Shown here: piece after piece, positions 12,008 to 24,822 of the stretch
Layout: each line of letters opens with the position of its first letter
Position numbering within the stretch: the first letter of the stretch is position 1
DNA from: Trichoplax adhaerens
Taxonomy: Eukaryota; Animalia; Placozoa
Direction: 5' to 3'
DNA: 64,000 nucleotides
Assembly (NCBI RefSeq): GCF_000150275.1
Contig: NW_002060944.1
Span: 8,074,735 to 8,138,734, forward strand
Notes under the pieces: model-generated
The model's input: the letters and a program-made list of their open reading frames with translations, nothing else
Databases searched by the model: none
What the model was told of the DNA's origin: nothing
Position numbers and translations under genes: made by a program

Positions 12008-13928
12008 ATGGTCTTAGATGCTATAAGTGAAAATCAAACTGAATCAACATTTCAACGTCGTAATAGTTGGCCACTTATTGAAGAACAGCAACAAGATAAT
12101 TACAATCAAGAAGGTAATCTATGTCAGCTAACAACAAATCAACGGCGTATCTTACGTGATTTCCGACGACTATCACAAGCAGTCGTTAGTATCCCCAAGA
12201 AGGATTCTCTTAAAAAATCCTATCAATCAATTCATTATGTTGCCGCTAGAGTAGGAGGAATAGCTAAAAAATGTATAGGGTTTTTATTTCAATATGTATG
12301 GGATATTGTTTCGGCAGATTATGCTTATATTTCAGAACGTGCCGATTTAGAAGGGAGTTCTGCTATGGATTCTTCTTTAGCCAATCTGTTGAAAAATGTT
12401 CGCTATGAAAATTATCAATTACGATTAGGCGATGATTTGTATGGAAACATTGTTCGTATGCCGTGGAGTTATATCTTTAGCCTGATTGCGGCGGCTTATT
12501 TAGCTGTTAGTATAATCTTCACCTTTGCTTATTTCGTAGCCGATATTCTCGATCTGGATCTGTCTTCTTCAATTTGGCAATGGTTTGTTTATAGCTTATC
12601 GACAACAACGTGTTTAGGTTCAGACAGTCTTGATTCCGATCGTGTCCATCTTTTCATCTTATTGATTGCTAACTCGCAAGCATTTGTATCCCAATTATTA
12701 TTAGCATTTGTCACTGGAATCGTTTTTGCTCGTTTTTCTCGAGGACGTAGTCAAATTCGCTTTGCTGATAAGTTAACAATAAACCCAGTCAATGGTATCG
12801 ACTGTTTGCAAGGCAGATTAACTCCATGTCGGCCACGATTTGGTGTTATTGATTGTAATTTAAGGTTATTCGTTTCCAGACCATATCAGAGTAAAGAAGG
12901 AGAGCACGGTGTAAGGACTAAGTAAGTATGTCTATACTCGATGATGGTCTTAGTGTTACAAAGATTAGTATCATTTTTCCCCTAAGCTATCGCATATTTG
13001 ACACCGATCGTTATCAGGAATCCCACAATTTAATTAATAAAATAGCATGGCTTTATTAATGTTATCTAGTTGGCATAGGATCAAGAAAATTGCACTTTGT
13101 TCTTTAAATAAATGGAATAGAAGAGTTCATTTAATATGTACAATTCCAAATTGTAGACAAAAATGGCCAATTCTTAGCAATTTCATGCTAGAAAACATAA
13201 TTATTAAAGCCTCTAGCAATTATAACCACAATTAACAAAATAAATTTAAAGCATAGGAAACTAATCCTTTCTTAATTGCTTATTATGAAGGCAAGTTCCT
13301 CTTTTAACTGAAACTCTACCAGCCATGTCAATAATGTTAAAGTTTACTCATCGATTAGACGAATCTAGTGAAATTCGCCAAGCAATGGAATTGGGTGAAG
13401 ATTATTATTTGTCTATTACTATTACTGGGGTGGATGCTTGTACTTTAAATCCTATCTTTGATGTGAGAAGATACAAAGCCAATGATATCATAAAGTTAGT
13501 TTTACTACTACTATTAACCTAAATATACGAAAACAAATGTGTGTATATATAAGTATAGAGAACACAATATAATCTTTTCTAAATCGTTAAATAATGCATT
13601 CCACGACGAAAGAAAAAATTTTTCGAGTTAATGCGTCTTTTATATTATTTCTGACCTTGTTGAGATTCATATACTAATAGTAGGTAATATTAGATTCATA
13701 AGTAAATTACCTTAAGTATTTAGCAATTTAGCTATTATGTATGTCCGACTTATTTCCTACTGTTTCTTCGATAGAAATTATAGATTTATCGATATGATTG
13801 AAAAGGTGAAACCGGAGCCTGGATTATCTCTATGCCATTCTAAAACCGTAATCGATTTCAATAAATTAAATAAAGTAACTCCTATAAAAGAGCCCAGCGA
13901 AAGTGACGATAAAGATAAAATGGACTAA
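12008..13928 (+). CDS. Kir-fold channel-like protein, copy 1 (423 aa), filter TCLGSD; exons 12008-12921, 13291-13494, 13775-13928
   Basis: Slide helix DDLYGNIVRMPW, M1, pore helix FVYSLSTTT, M2 ending TGIVFARFSR, and cytoplasmic-domain motifs KEGE, HRLDESS, G-loop TGVDACT, RFIDM, IDFNKL. Two phase-2 GT-AG introns restore a full ORF. Confidence 0.9.
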
Positions 13929-16058
13929 CAATAATCATTATTGAACATGCGAACAAAATTTAACGAAATGAAAAATTATACCAATCTGCTTGGACAAAAT
14001 AGTATTAGATATTAAATCAATTGCTTGGTTTTAATCAAAGGGAAGGATCTGATGAAGACCCGGATAAAAAGTGATGTCTATGCAATAAATGAATATCTTC
14101 AATCGTCTTTTGCTTTGTATCTACACACAAAGCCTGATTTATACTTCGAGAGTGGCCACATCGAATACGAAAGATAAAATAAAATTGAATTTTCTACCAA
14201 ATCAATTGTATAGAAAATCAGAACAGTATTTGATTGCTGCTCTAATAATTTTATTTCTTATATGTATTTATCATACCGTATCGAAAAAAATTTGCCACAT
14301 CAGTGAGTAATTTACTGCACGAAGATAATTAAGAATGTTGCATATATTCTCTTTCGAATTCTGATCAATGTAAAACGTTAACTGAATTTGGCATTTTTAG
14401 GCCCGCTATTAGCAATAAGACATTAAAGTTTACGTTAATCATGAATACGGGTAGCATTAAATCACATTCATCGTTGTAGCATATTTGATTAGAATCTATT
14501 TATTTGTGTCATTAGTAATGATGATTTACAACAGAAATGCTTATGACTAGTAGCCAGGACAAATGTTAACTTAGTGGCATTGGTTATTCAGTATCAGCTA
14601 AAAATACGTCAATTTTATTAATAAGGATAATATAAATCATATTTATCAATCTACTGTATTCAGGTATTAAATTATTTATTCGCGTTCTTGGCAACGATGA
14701 TAAACAAAGAGATAACTATGCAAAAAAAGTATTTTTAAAAATTAAACTTCCAAAAGCTAGCTATGAAATCTAGGTCGGAATTAATATGAATAGATGAATC
14801 TTCTAACAATGTGATGCATAACTAATTATTTCTAGACGAGAGATATAAAAATTTAACTCTTACACGGTATTATATGACAATATTAGTAGCTACAGCAGAC
14901 TACAAAGATTGTATATATATACCTATGTTATACATCTATAAAATAGATAAATCGTTACAGCAGCTATTGAGTAGAATTAATCATTTCTATACAGAGAAAG
15001 AGCTTTACCATGGTTATAAAAGAACTTATTATTCGCTCAAGAAATGATGATAACTAGCTTAATTAGCAACGTTACTATTGCTTAAGGTATTAATTAAGCA
15101 CGATAAAAGTCGGAATCAAGCTATCATGAATGAATATGAATATCAATTGTAATAGTAATTAATTGCAATCTAATGCCATAGATGATAACTTGCTGATAGA
15201 ACGGTCAAATTGTAGCTGTTTAGCTACTTTAACAGTCAAATGTCATGGGTCTAATTACCGAGAGAAACCAATAAAATACATAGAAAAGCAAATAGTTTCT
15301 TATCTCATATCACGCTAATTAAATTAAACTACCGTACATTGAATCGGTTATTGGTATAATCCCAATTGTGCAGTTATCAAGATCTCCAATTACGTGTACC
15401 CTATCAAACTGGAATTAGTTAATAGTTATCAACTAATTTCTATAAAATAAATTACAACTGGTGCCTGTAGCTGTCATCTATTTTAATAATACAATTCCCA
15501 TGCTATAAATACCACATAGCGAGACATTCTACCGCTATCGGACTGTAATAAAGAAACCATGATATAGTTCGAATTTACTAGTGTACTAGATGAATGACCG
15601 CCAATATAATTTACGACAATGAATAAATTTATTGTTAAGAAATAGATAATTATCTAAAAATAATAGTTAAATGGTCTCCCATAATAATAATTTCTTGGTA
15701 ACATCTTCTCGTAATGATAGGACTTGCTATTACATGACCCTCAATCGCGTTAGTTCAATAACATTTCGGTAAACGATTATTTGATTTCCTGTTTTCATAG
15801 CCACGTATCGATGCTACTATTTGACTACTTTATCTGTAACAATCCATTGTAAATTAAGTTCATGTTATTCTTTCTATAATTTGTCTGCCTAATATTGACA
15901 TCGACTGAGATAATTCCATCTTGATAAAAGTATCATTTCCTGTTTAATAGGTCTTAGCATATGTAATTCATATCATTTGTTGTCAAATCGGTGGAAAGAA
16001 AACGAATCGTTTCTTCACTCACTTACAAAAATCACAATACTAGCCGAATACATTACAA

Positions 16059-17758
16059 ATGGCCGTCAATTTATCTAGTTCTGATCACCATCTTACTCAA
16101 TATGAACGAATAAGGCGTCGACTTAGTTTGCCTAATTTTCAACAAGATCCCATCGGTGATTCTATTCATCCTTCCGATCTAATTTCAAGTCAAAATCAAC
16201 ACCGATTTGGGCGTCATTATCGACGTGTATCCGTGGCTATGAGTAGAATATCGGAAAGAGATTCAATTCAGAACAGTTTACGAGCAATCAGAAACATGAT
16301 TTCTGCCATATACCAATTTATCAAGAAATGGGTCATGGTGATTATTCAGCACGCTTGGGATATCATTTGTTTGAACTATGCGACTATGTCTGAACGTGCT
16401 GATCTTGAGGGACGATCGGCTATGGACTCCTTTTTAATTAAAATTCTAAAAAATGTCCGCTATCAAAATTATCAAATTCGGTTAGCTGATGATTTATATG
16501 GTAATATTATTCGCATGCCTTGGAGTTACATCTTTGGATTAATCGCTATGATGTATTTATTTATTAGCGTTCTATTTACATTTACTTATGTAGCCGTTGA
16601 TAGTCTTGATCTTCATTTGGGTTATTCATTTTGGCACTGGTTTGTCTTTAGTTTATCAACTACAACATGCCTTGGCTTAAGTAATCTCGATGCTGATCAA
16701 GTTCATATCGGCATCTTGTTAATTGCTAACTTCCAAGCATTTATATCTCAACTATTACTAGCCTTCATAACTGGTATCGTATTTGCTCGTTTCTCACGAA
16801 GACGAAGTCAAATTCGATTTGCTGAAAAGTTGATTATAAATCAGATGGATGGTATTGATTGCATTCAAGGACGATTAACTCCACATCGGCCTCGATTTGG
16901 TATTTTTGATTGTAACATTCGATTGTATTTAAATCAGCCCTACGTTACTAAAGAAGGAGAATGTGGACTTAGGACAATGTAAGAATTAATTTTCGCTATA
17001 TGTTAATGGAAGCCATGTTTAAAAGTTTCAAAGGGAGCGTTTACGATTTTACTTGATTTGTTGATGATAGGCAACTCTACAGTAATAATAGTAATTTCTT
17101 TTCATTAATTATACAAAGTATTAAATATTTTACATTCATTTTTCTACTATCATTAGCTAAAATTTACTTCGTTATGAACGAAATGATATCGTTGATCACA
17201 ATAGTTGTTTGATTGGACTTATGAAAGGCAATGACTAAAAATAATGTCTAATCTTACTATTCTAGAGAGGTTCCATTATTGATAAATAATGTCCCAACCA
17301 TGGCTATCATGATGAAGTTTACCCATCGATTAGATGAATCTAGTGCAATCAGAAAAATGATGATAGACCCTAACAGTGATTTTAGTTTAATGACAACTCT
17401 CTCAGGTGTTGATGCTTGTACTCTAAATCCAATTTTTGACGTTAAAAGATACCATCGAACTGATATCAAAAGGTGAGCTATACTTTATTATTCTTTTTAA
17501 ACTTTAAATTATTAATATTTAGATATAAATTGAATTTGAAATTAGATAAATTGGCATTCTTTTAATATTATAATTATATAATAACGTTATTTTTACGGGA
17601 TCATTTGTATTAGAGATCACAGGTTTGTTGACATGTTGGAAAGAATTTATACGAGTGAAACCGAAAGTGAAGTTCACATCGATCTCAATAAATTAGATCA
17701 AATCATACCAGATCAAAATGGAATTGAAAAAGCGAAGGATAAACAAACTAAAGCATAA
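16059..17758 (+). CDS. Kir-fold channel-like protein, copy 2 (423 aa), filter TCLGLS; exons 16059-16978, 17266-17472, 17614-17758
   Basis: Same motifs and intron positions as copy 1; 207-nt exon 2; spliced frame open to TAA at 17756-17758. Confidence 0.9.
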
Positions 17759-18895
17759 AATAATAATCGACCTGAATTTCTACCTTGGATAAGCATACTA
17801 TCGTAATAATCTCTTCTGCTAATTATAATTATTACTACACTCTTACTGCATAATCTTAATTTTTATCCTATATTACACAAAAACTACAATCTAGTAATTA
17901 CGTCCAATAATATTGAAAATTTATTTCAACTGCTTATTATTGAAGACATTGAAGAAATTCCTATGGTTTAAATAAATAATTCGAAAAATTCCATCATTTT
18001 GTAATATGCAACTTTAGATACGCAGTTTGGTTTAGAGTTCATTTCTTTGAAACTAAAAACCAAATAAATACTATTATTAATAAATTATGTAACATTTAAA
18101 TCACGCCAGAAATGAGATAATGAAGTAATTCAATTGTCATTTTTAATTGGCATGAAGAACCATTTCCAATATCAACCAATAGTTCAAGATTTTCCTATAT
18201 TTTAAATACTTTGTGCAATGCTACCGTTTGGTAATAGCCCAGTAGAATAAGGTGCTTTATATCTAGAGCTTATGCCATCGAAATTGAAAGTAAAATTTCA
18301 CCGATAGCAAACAAAAACTGAAGAAATTTCTAATATTAAAAGAAATATGAATTTAAAATATCTAATAGTTCTCTCAATGGTATTGAAGACTTATTTCTAA
18401 ACATATTATTTCTGAAATCTTTTAAAAGAATTTCTCCATCTTTTAAACACTTTGAAGAGCTCTTTCATTTTGTAATTACCAAGTTGAATGCCTCACTTTA
18501 TATCTAGAGCTTGCAACCATAAAACTGAAAACTATGTTTCTATTAGTTACAATCCATTGAAAAACTAGAGCAACTATTGGAATTAGGAAAAGCCAAGGCT
18601 AAAGTAAGCTAATGGATGGAAAAGCTATACCATGGTTGAGTAGCAATCTTGACTGATGTCGCTGCTATCCCTTGAAATATTTATTACTATTTAACACAGC
18701 ATGAATCTCATATGTATCCTAATCTATACCAATTTTTTCAATTTTCTAGTTATACTGATGGCATTCAAAAATTTTCTGCCTATACTTTAAAGAGCTCTAT
18801 TAGTCTATTACCGTCAAAGAAGGCCCGTGGCATCGAGTGATGTGGCCTGCTATTCTGTATCATCTACAATACCAAAAGATTATACTGTGATCGCT

Positions 18896-19096
18896 ATCAT
18901 TTTTGTAAGTGCCAAATTAGGGAAAGCATATTACATTTATCTTGCCTATTACTATATGACAGATACCGGCAAGGCTAAAAGATTTCGCTGAAGACGTTAT
19001 CATTCTGTAATTATCGAATTAGGGTAGCATATCACACCTATTTATCTTGTCTACAGCTTTATATCCGTCATCATTGGCAAAGTTAAAGATTCGCTA
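18896..19096. repeat. Diverged tandem duplication, ~103-bp unit x2
   Basis: atcatt.tgtaa...aattaggg.agcatat.aca...tttatcttg.cta...ggcaa.g.taaa.gatt.cgct occurs twice. Confidence 0.65.
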
Positions 19097-21399
19097 AATT
19101 CAATCCAATTTCTTTATTTAATACTTTATAAATATAAAGTAACGTGTAAAGCTAATATACAAGGTAATCATCAATCCTTTTAAAAAATTGACGATAAAAG
19201 CAATGATATAACAACAATAGCGACAATATTATGAACAACCATCTGGTATCAAACAATTAATTACTATAGGAAAAATTAAAATTATCAATACTATCCTGAT
19301 TTCTTCCAGGAATAACTAAGAGCATTTTGCAATACCATAACCAGTCTATTTAACGACATGGAAATGAAAGCTGACAAAAAATACAATTAGCCACTCGGTA
19401 TAAAATTGACGAGCTCGAAATTCCCAACTTTTCCCTGTAAATTGATCATTAAAATTGCGTATGTTAATGGTCTGGTATCAGTCCAGATATAAGTATTGTA
19501 ATTAATCATGAATAGAATATGTCAGTAACTGCTTATTTATGAAACTGTTTCGTATAGCAAATGGCGCAGAATCTGTATCTTGATGATTCTATGGAACATA
19601 ATTTCATTTGATTGTTTGCAAGTTATTTCTGATTGGTACGAACACTAGACGGCTAATTGCCTAAGCTATTGTTACCTATAGGACTATAAAAAATCTATAG
19701 ACTATATCAATAGCTTAATTTTAAAATTATTATAATAAATATAATGTGGTCTTTATCCAAATACATCTATACAATGTTAATTTCAATCGCTGGAAATATA
19801 AGAATAGTAACTGCAAATAATTCTATCGCTTCAGACATAGCAATTGATCGAATTTATCAGTAGCCGGTTACAGATCTGTTAAAATAGAAAATAATTATTC
19901 AGAATTATCGCTAAAAGTTTATTAAATTGAATTCTTAAAGCTTGCATATATTAAAAGAAGTTATTAATGAACGTGTTAGTGTAGCCATCGATAATTATGG
20001 CATTTGAATAGATTATTCAATAGCTACAAAGTTGTTAAAATTAAGAAAAACTTTCCTGTGTTTTAATAAAATCGATTCATAAATCATATAGTAAATTCAA
20101 ATCTGACAGAATTTAATGCTGCGTTAAATTTAATTACAATAAAATTTTAAACTTAAGCGTATCCATAGCAATAAGACTATTTTAGCCAAAAATTTTTGTC
20201 AATCAAAGCCAGTAAAATATTTCGATCTGAAGACATATACAAGATTCCTTAATCTTTCAGAAGATGATAATGTAGTAAATGTGTCGATTACAATTTATTA
20301 TTAAACACATCAGTAAGAAGTCTTAAGGTTGCCCTTTGAGAAGTAAACAGTATGTTTTTACATGAATTTAAGTAACTAATATTCATAATTGCAAGTAGTG
20401 GAGTGAAAATCATGTAGTAACTCATATCTGTAACTAGTTTTGAACTTGGTTACCTGAAGGTAGCCAATCGCCATCTATCCCGAAGAATTCCAGAAATTCA
20501 ATTTTTAATGCTTACAAATACTAGGATGGGCTGTAACTAATAATATTTTTAATAAATGCGCTGGTAAGCACTATTTTTCAAGGCGAATTTGCGGAACTTA
20601 ATATTTATCCCTCAGAAATTGAATTTGATTACCTTTAAATATTCATTCCAACGAAGACAGAACTAGTTTATTAACTAGATCATAGATTTGTGTAAATCTG
20701 CTAAAATAAATGGTAAGGATCTATCAAAATATCGTTATACAACTTAATATGTAGTCCTAAAAAAAATGGTACAATTGATAATCATAGATAATCAAGCATC
20801 CAAAGGGAGACATGGTTATTGAGCAAATGGATCATTAAGTACAGTAGTAAAAAGGCATATCTATCCTTTTATATCACAACAAACTTATACAGCTTGATTT
20901 CTAGTTTTCGCCAATAGTCGAATGAGCAATCAGTAATATTCTTTCTAACAAACATATCTCTCCTTGCCATTTTTTTCTTTATTATCCTATTTTAGCCTTA
21001 ATAATGGAAAAATACCTATCAATTGAATAGACAATAAACTAACATACCATTGACTGTAACCAGCAACGAAGATCTTACAAAATTTGTAACTGTATCATCA
21101 TACTTCAATGGAGCTAACCTATGGTGACAGTAAATTTAATTATCAAATATGAGCCTGAACTCAATAAGGTAAAAGCCCAAATACGATATCCTATACCGAT
21201 ATCATTTGCCTCAATACAGTAAAGCTTCACAAAATTGGTATTTCTAAATCAACTTTACCACGATTTCATGGTCTACTTATCTTGAGCATATCGTTCTCAT
21301 AGTTCACTTAAAAATTCAAGTATGAGATTATTTTGTATTACCCATAACTTATAGTACAGCATATTAGTATACAGCAAATATTATTAAGAGCCATTTACT

Positions 21400-23880
21400 T
21401 CTATTTCATGCTATACTATTAACCAATTGTCACAAAACAGCTTTGCAACAAGATAACGCAATATACGATCAATAATTCAATTCCTTGAACCACGTATCAA
21501 GGAACGATATCTGCACTATCACAAACACTTTTGCTCTACTAGCAGACTACACAAAGACTTAAACGCCTCGTATTTTACGTTAAACACTAAGTTGGACAAT
21601 TCTTCTTTATTTCACGATATACTGCATTTATATACTATTCCTCAATAGTTCATGAGTCATAGTTAATACAATTAACATTAGAATCACTTACTGAATTAGA
21701 TATTAATTTTAGCTACTGCTCCCTTAATGCAGACAACAGTATTTACGAACATAGACATATAATGACTAATACAGAATAGTCAGATTACGATATGTCCTAT
21801 CACGGAACATTTCCATGATAATTTACAGTCTACTATAAGTAAATTACAATCACAATGATTCGAACTGTAAGCAGATGATTTGCATTCCCTATTAGAACTA
21901 TTAATTTCAGTATGTGTATAAGTGTCACTGTCATAAAAAGTCAGTGCTATATTAAAATACAGTATATCCAAATTAGAAGTTAACTAAATAAGGATAGTCT
22001 AACAGAATTATCCTAACATAGTTATTTCTACTGTAATACAGTATTTAACACTGTAACACCAATATATTCGATAATATAGTTATTCCATCTTTTTAATACC
22101 GATTTTACGGTATTAAATAACTCATCTATACAAATAATGGTATTTATTCACATTAACTATCTTACTTTCAAGTATATATCCTTTTATTTAAATATGTGAT
22201 AAAGCATCAAATAGAATTCGTCAGCGATGACATTCATACCGTGTAAAATTCTACAATTAATATTATTCAGTTAATTTGACTAATAGTTAAGTAAAGCATG
22301 TCTTCTTTTTATTCAAATATGTGATAAACTGTCGAACAGAATCGGCTAATGATAACATCTATACCGCATAGAAAATTACGGTTAACATCGCAATCTATAT
22401 CATAGTTCTATCTCCTAACTTTTATATTGTACATTACAATAAAGTAAAAAATTTTCGGACCTGTGATAAAGTGATCTTCAAAACAATAAATCAAGAACTA
22501 CAGTTTCTTGCAAATTTCACTTTATTACAGAAGTTAGGTTCGTCTAACTACCAAGGACTATCTGACTATCTGATAATCTACTTATTACAGCAAAATTCAG
22601 GATTTATTTACGATTAGTTACAGAATGCTTTTACTGTAACAAATCTTATCTTGCCCATTAAGTCGCAAGATCAGATCTAAATTTACTATCGCGCAATCTA
22701 TTCATAATTCGCGCGTCTATTTAAAGCATTACAATACAATACTTACGGTACTAACATACTTAGCGCAAATCTATTTATATCTCAGATCTTTATATAAACA
22801 TCTTAATAGATTCGCTACAATACGTACTGTAAACATCTTCTACAAATAGACTCTTACACAATCTTACACTCTAGCTTACAAGTTAAGTTATTCTCGTACA
22901 GTCTTATAATAGTAATCTAAGCTATATTTGGGGCTGCACTACAGGACCTCACTGACTATTAACGACCTTTTAGCATATTTATTTATGTTAATACGCTAGA
23001 AAGCTATTGTAAATCTGCTACATTTCATAATATTCTATCTTATCATCAATGCATGCTTTATTCGATTTTTTCGTATCAATTTATTTAGCAATTAACTTTA
23101 AGAGTACTATGTCATTTTATGGATCCATACCCTTTATATATTTTACTTTCAATGCATAGGAATCCAACGGAACCTAATTTAAATATTTTCATGATACATT
23201 GATCAAATACTGTTACAGTGTTACACACTGTAACATCGAGGTTAGCGTAGAAGTATCTATGCTAGGATAATTTTGTTGGTTTACTCTTATTCAGTGAGTT
23301 TCTAATTTAGATATGTAGTGCTTAAATATAGCACTAGCTTGTATTGCAGTGATATATGTACATACGGCATACTGAAATTAGCAATTAAATTAGGGAATTG
23401 AAAATAATCTTCATACAATTCAAATCACTATGATTGTAACCTACTTATGGTAGAGTGTACTGTAGGCTATCGTGGAAATATTCCGTGATAGGATATATTG
23501 TAATCTGATTATTTTGTATTAGTCATTAGATGCCTATGCTCATAAATATTGTTGTCTTCATTAGGTAGCAGTAGGTAAAATTAGCTTTTGATTCATTAGA
23601 AGGTTTCAACGTTAATATTACTAACCAGGATGTCTAAACTGTTGTAAAAGAGTATATAAATACGGTATATCTTATAACAAAGTTAGTTCTTAAGATTCGT
23701 GTTTAGCGTAAAATATGAAGCGTCTAAGTCTTTATGAAGTCTATTAGTATAGGAAAAGTGTTCTGATAGAGTAGATATTACTCCCTGATACGTGGTTCAG
23801 GGAATCGACTTATTGATTGTACATTACGTTATCCTTTTGCAAAGCTGTTTTGTAACAAATAGTATCTGCATATGATACAA
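21400..23880. repeat. Long inverted repeat: arms ~21400-22035 and ~23240-23880 with ~1.2-kb spacer
   Basis: The reverse complement of 23701-23860 aligns colinearly with 21426-21585 (e.g. acaaaacagctttgcaa; tgaaccacgtatca), and that of 23247-23336 aligns with 21944-22031. Identity is roughly 75-80% by eye. Confidence 0.88.
22462..22943 (-). mobile_element. Solo LTR (482 bp) of an LTR retrotransposon
   Basis: Termini TGT...ACA, flanked by perfect 5-bp target-site duplication GGACC (22457-22461 and 22944-22948). Minus-strand AATAAA lies ~60 nt before the end. A second copy is at 45372-45688. Confidence 0.85.
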
Positions 23881-24360
23881 AGCGAAAATAATCTTAATTT
23901 AATCGCTTAAAATAGAATAAACTACTTCCTAACGGTAATGGTGGAGCTTATAATTAATTCTAGAATGCAACAATCGTGATTTCTTTGTTTAGATTTTAAT
24001 TCTATCAAATAATTAAGACCCGCCGGTATTATTCAATCATTTATAAGAGCCCAAAGGCAAAATATTATATAGAGTAATTGAAGATGTTGTTTGCATGAAA
24101 AAGAAAAACACCATAATAAAATATTTTAGGGGATATTAGTAACTGATACTTATGCTTAGTCACTGTTAAGGCTACTATTGATTGAAAGTTAATTCAAGGT
24201 TAACTTCAGCACCATTAATACTTTTAATATATACTTTATGAATACTTATTGAAGAACGTCCATTTTCAGACTTATGCCGCGATTAATTAAAAATTAATTC
24301 GAAACTAGAGCGATAGTCGAAGGTTAATTATGGAAGCGTAATCATTTCTTGAATCATTTT

Positions 24361-24601
24361 AATTTAAGTTTATTGGCGAATCAATCAGGAATCACCTCAA
24401 TTTTCAGAATTAAATATTCTTTTTACTTTTGATTTAACTTCTAAATACTTATTAAAAGTGAAGTGATTTTTAAATTATTTCAATTTAAGTTTGCTGGTGT
24501 ATCAATTAAGAATCAGTTTAACTGCCAGAATTAAGATTCCTTTTACTTTGGATTTAACTTTTAAATACTTTTTGAAAATTAATTGATTTTTCAATTATTT
24601 C
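24361..24601. repeat. Tandem duplication, ~121-bp unit x2, ~220 bp upstream of Kir copy 3
   Basis: aatttaagttt...cagaattaa...ttttacttt.gatttaactt.taaatactt...aattatttc at 24361 and 24482. Confidence 0.8.
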
Positions 24602-24822
24602 ATATGGTTCTATCAACAGTCTGAAACTATTTTAAACTAACTAAAACTGTAGCCCTTTTCATCTTATATTCATATTACTTTTTAGACAAATATTTCAATC
24701 GGTAATTATTCGATTTCAACGTCATTTTATTGGATATTTCATTAGTTTGATATCGATTAAAAGTATAACCATTTCCCACGTTCTATCTACCTTTTAAAGA
24801 CTCTTTTAATTAGCATCATTCT

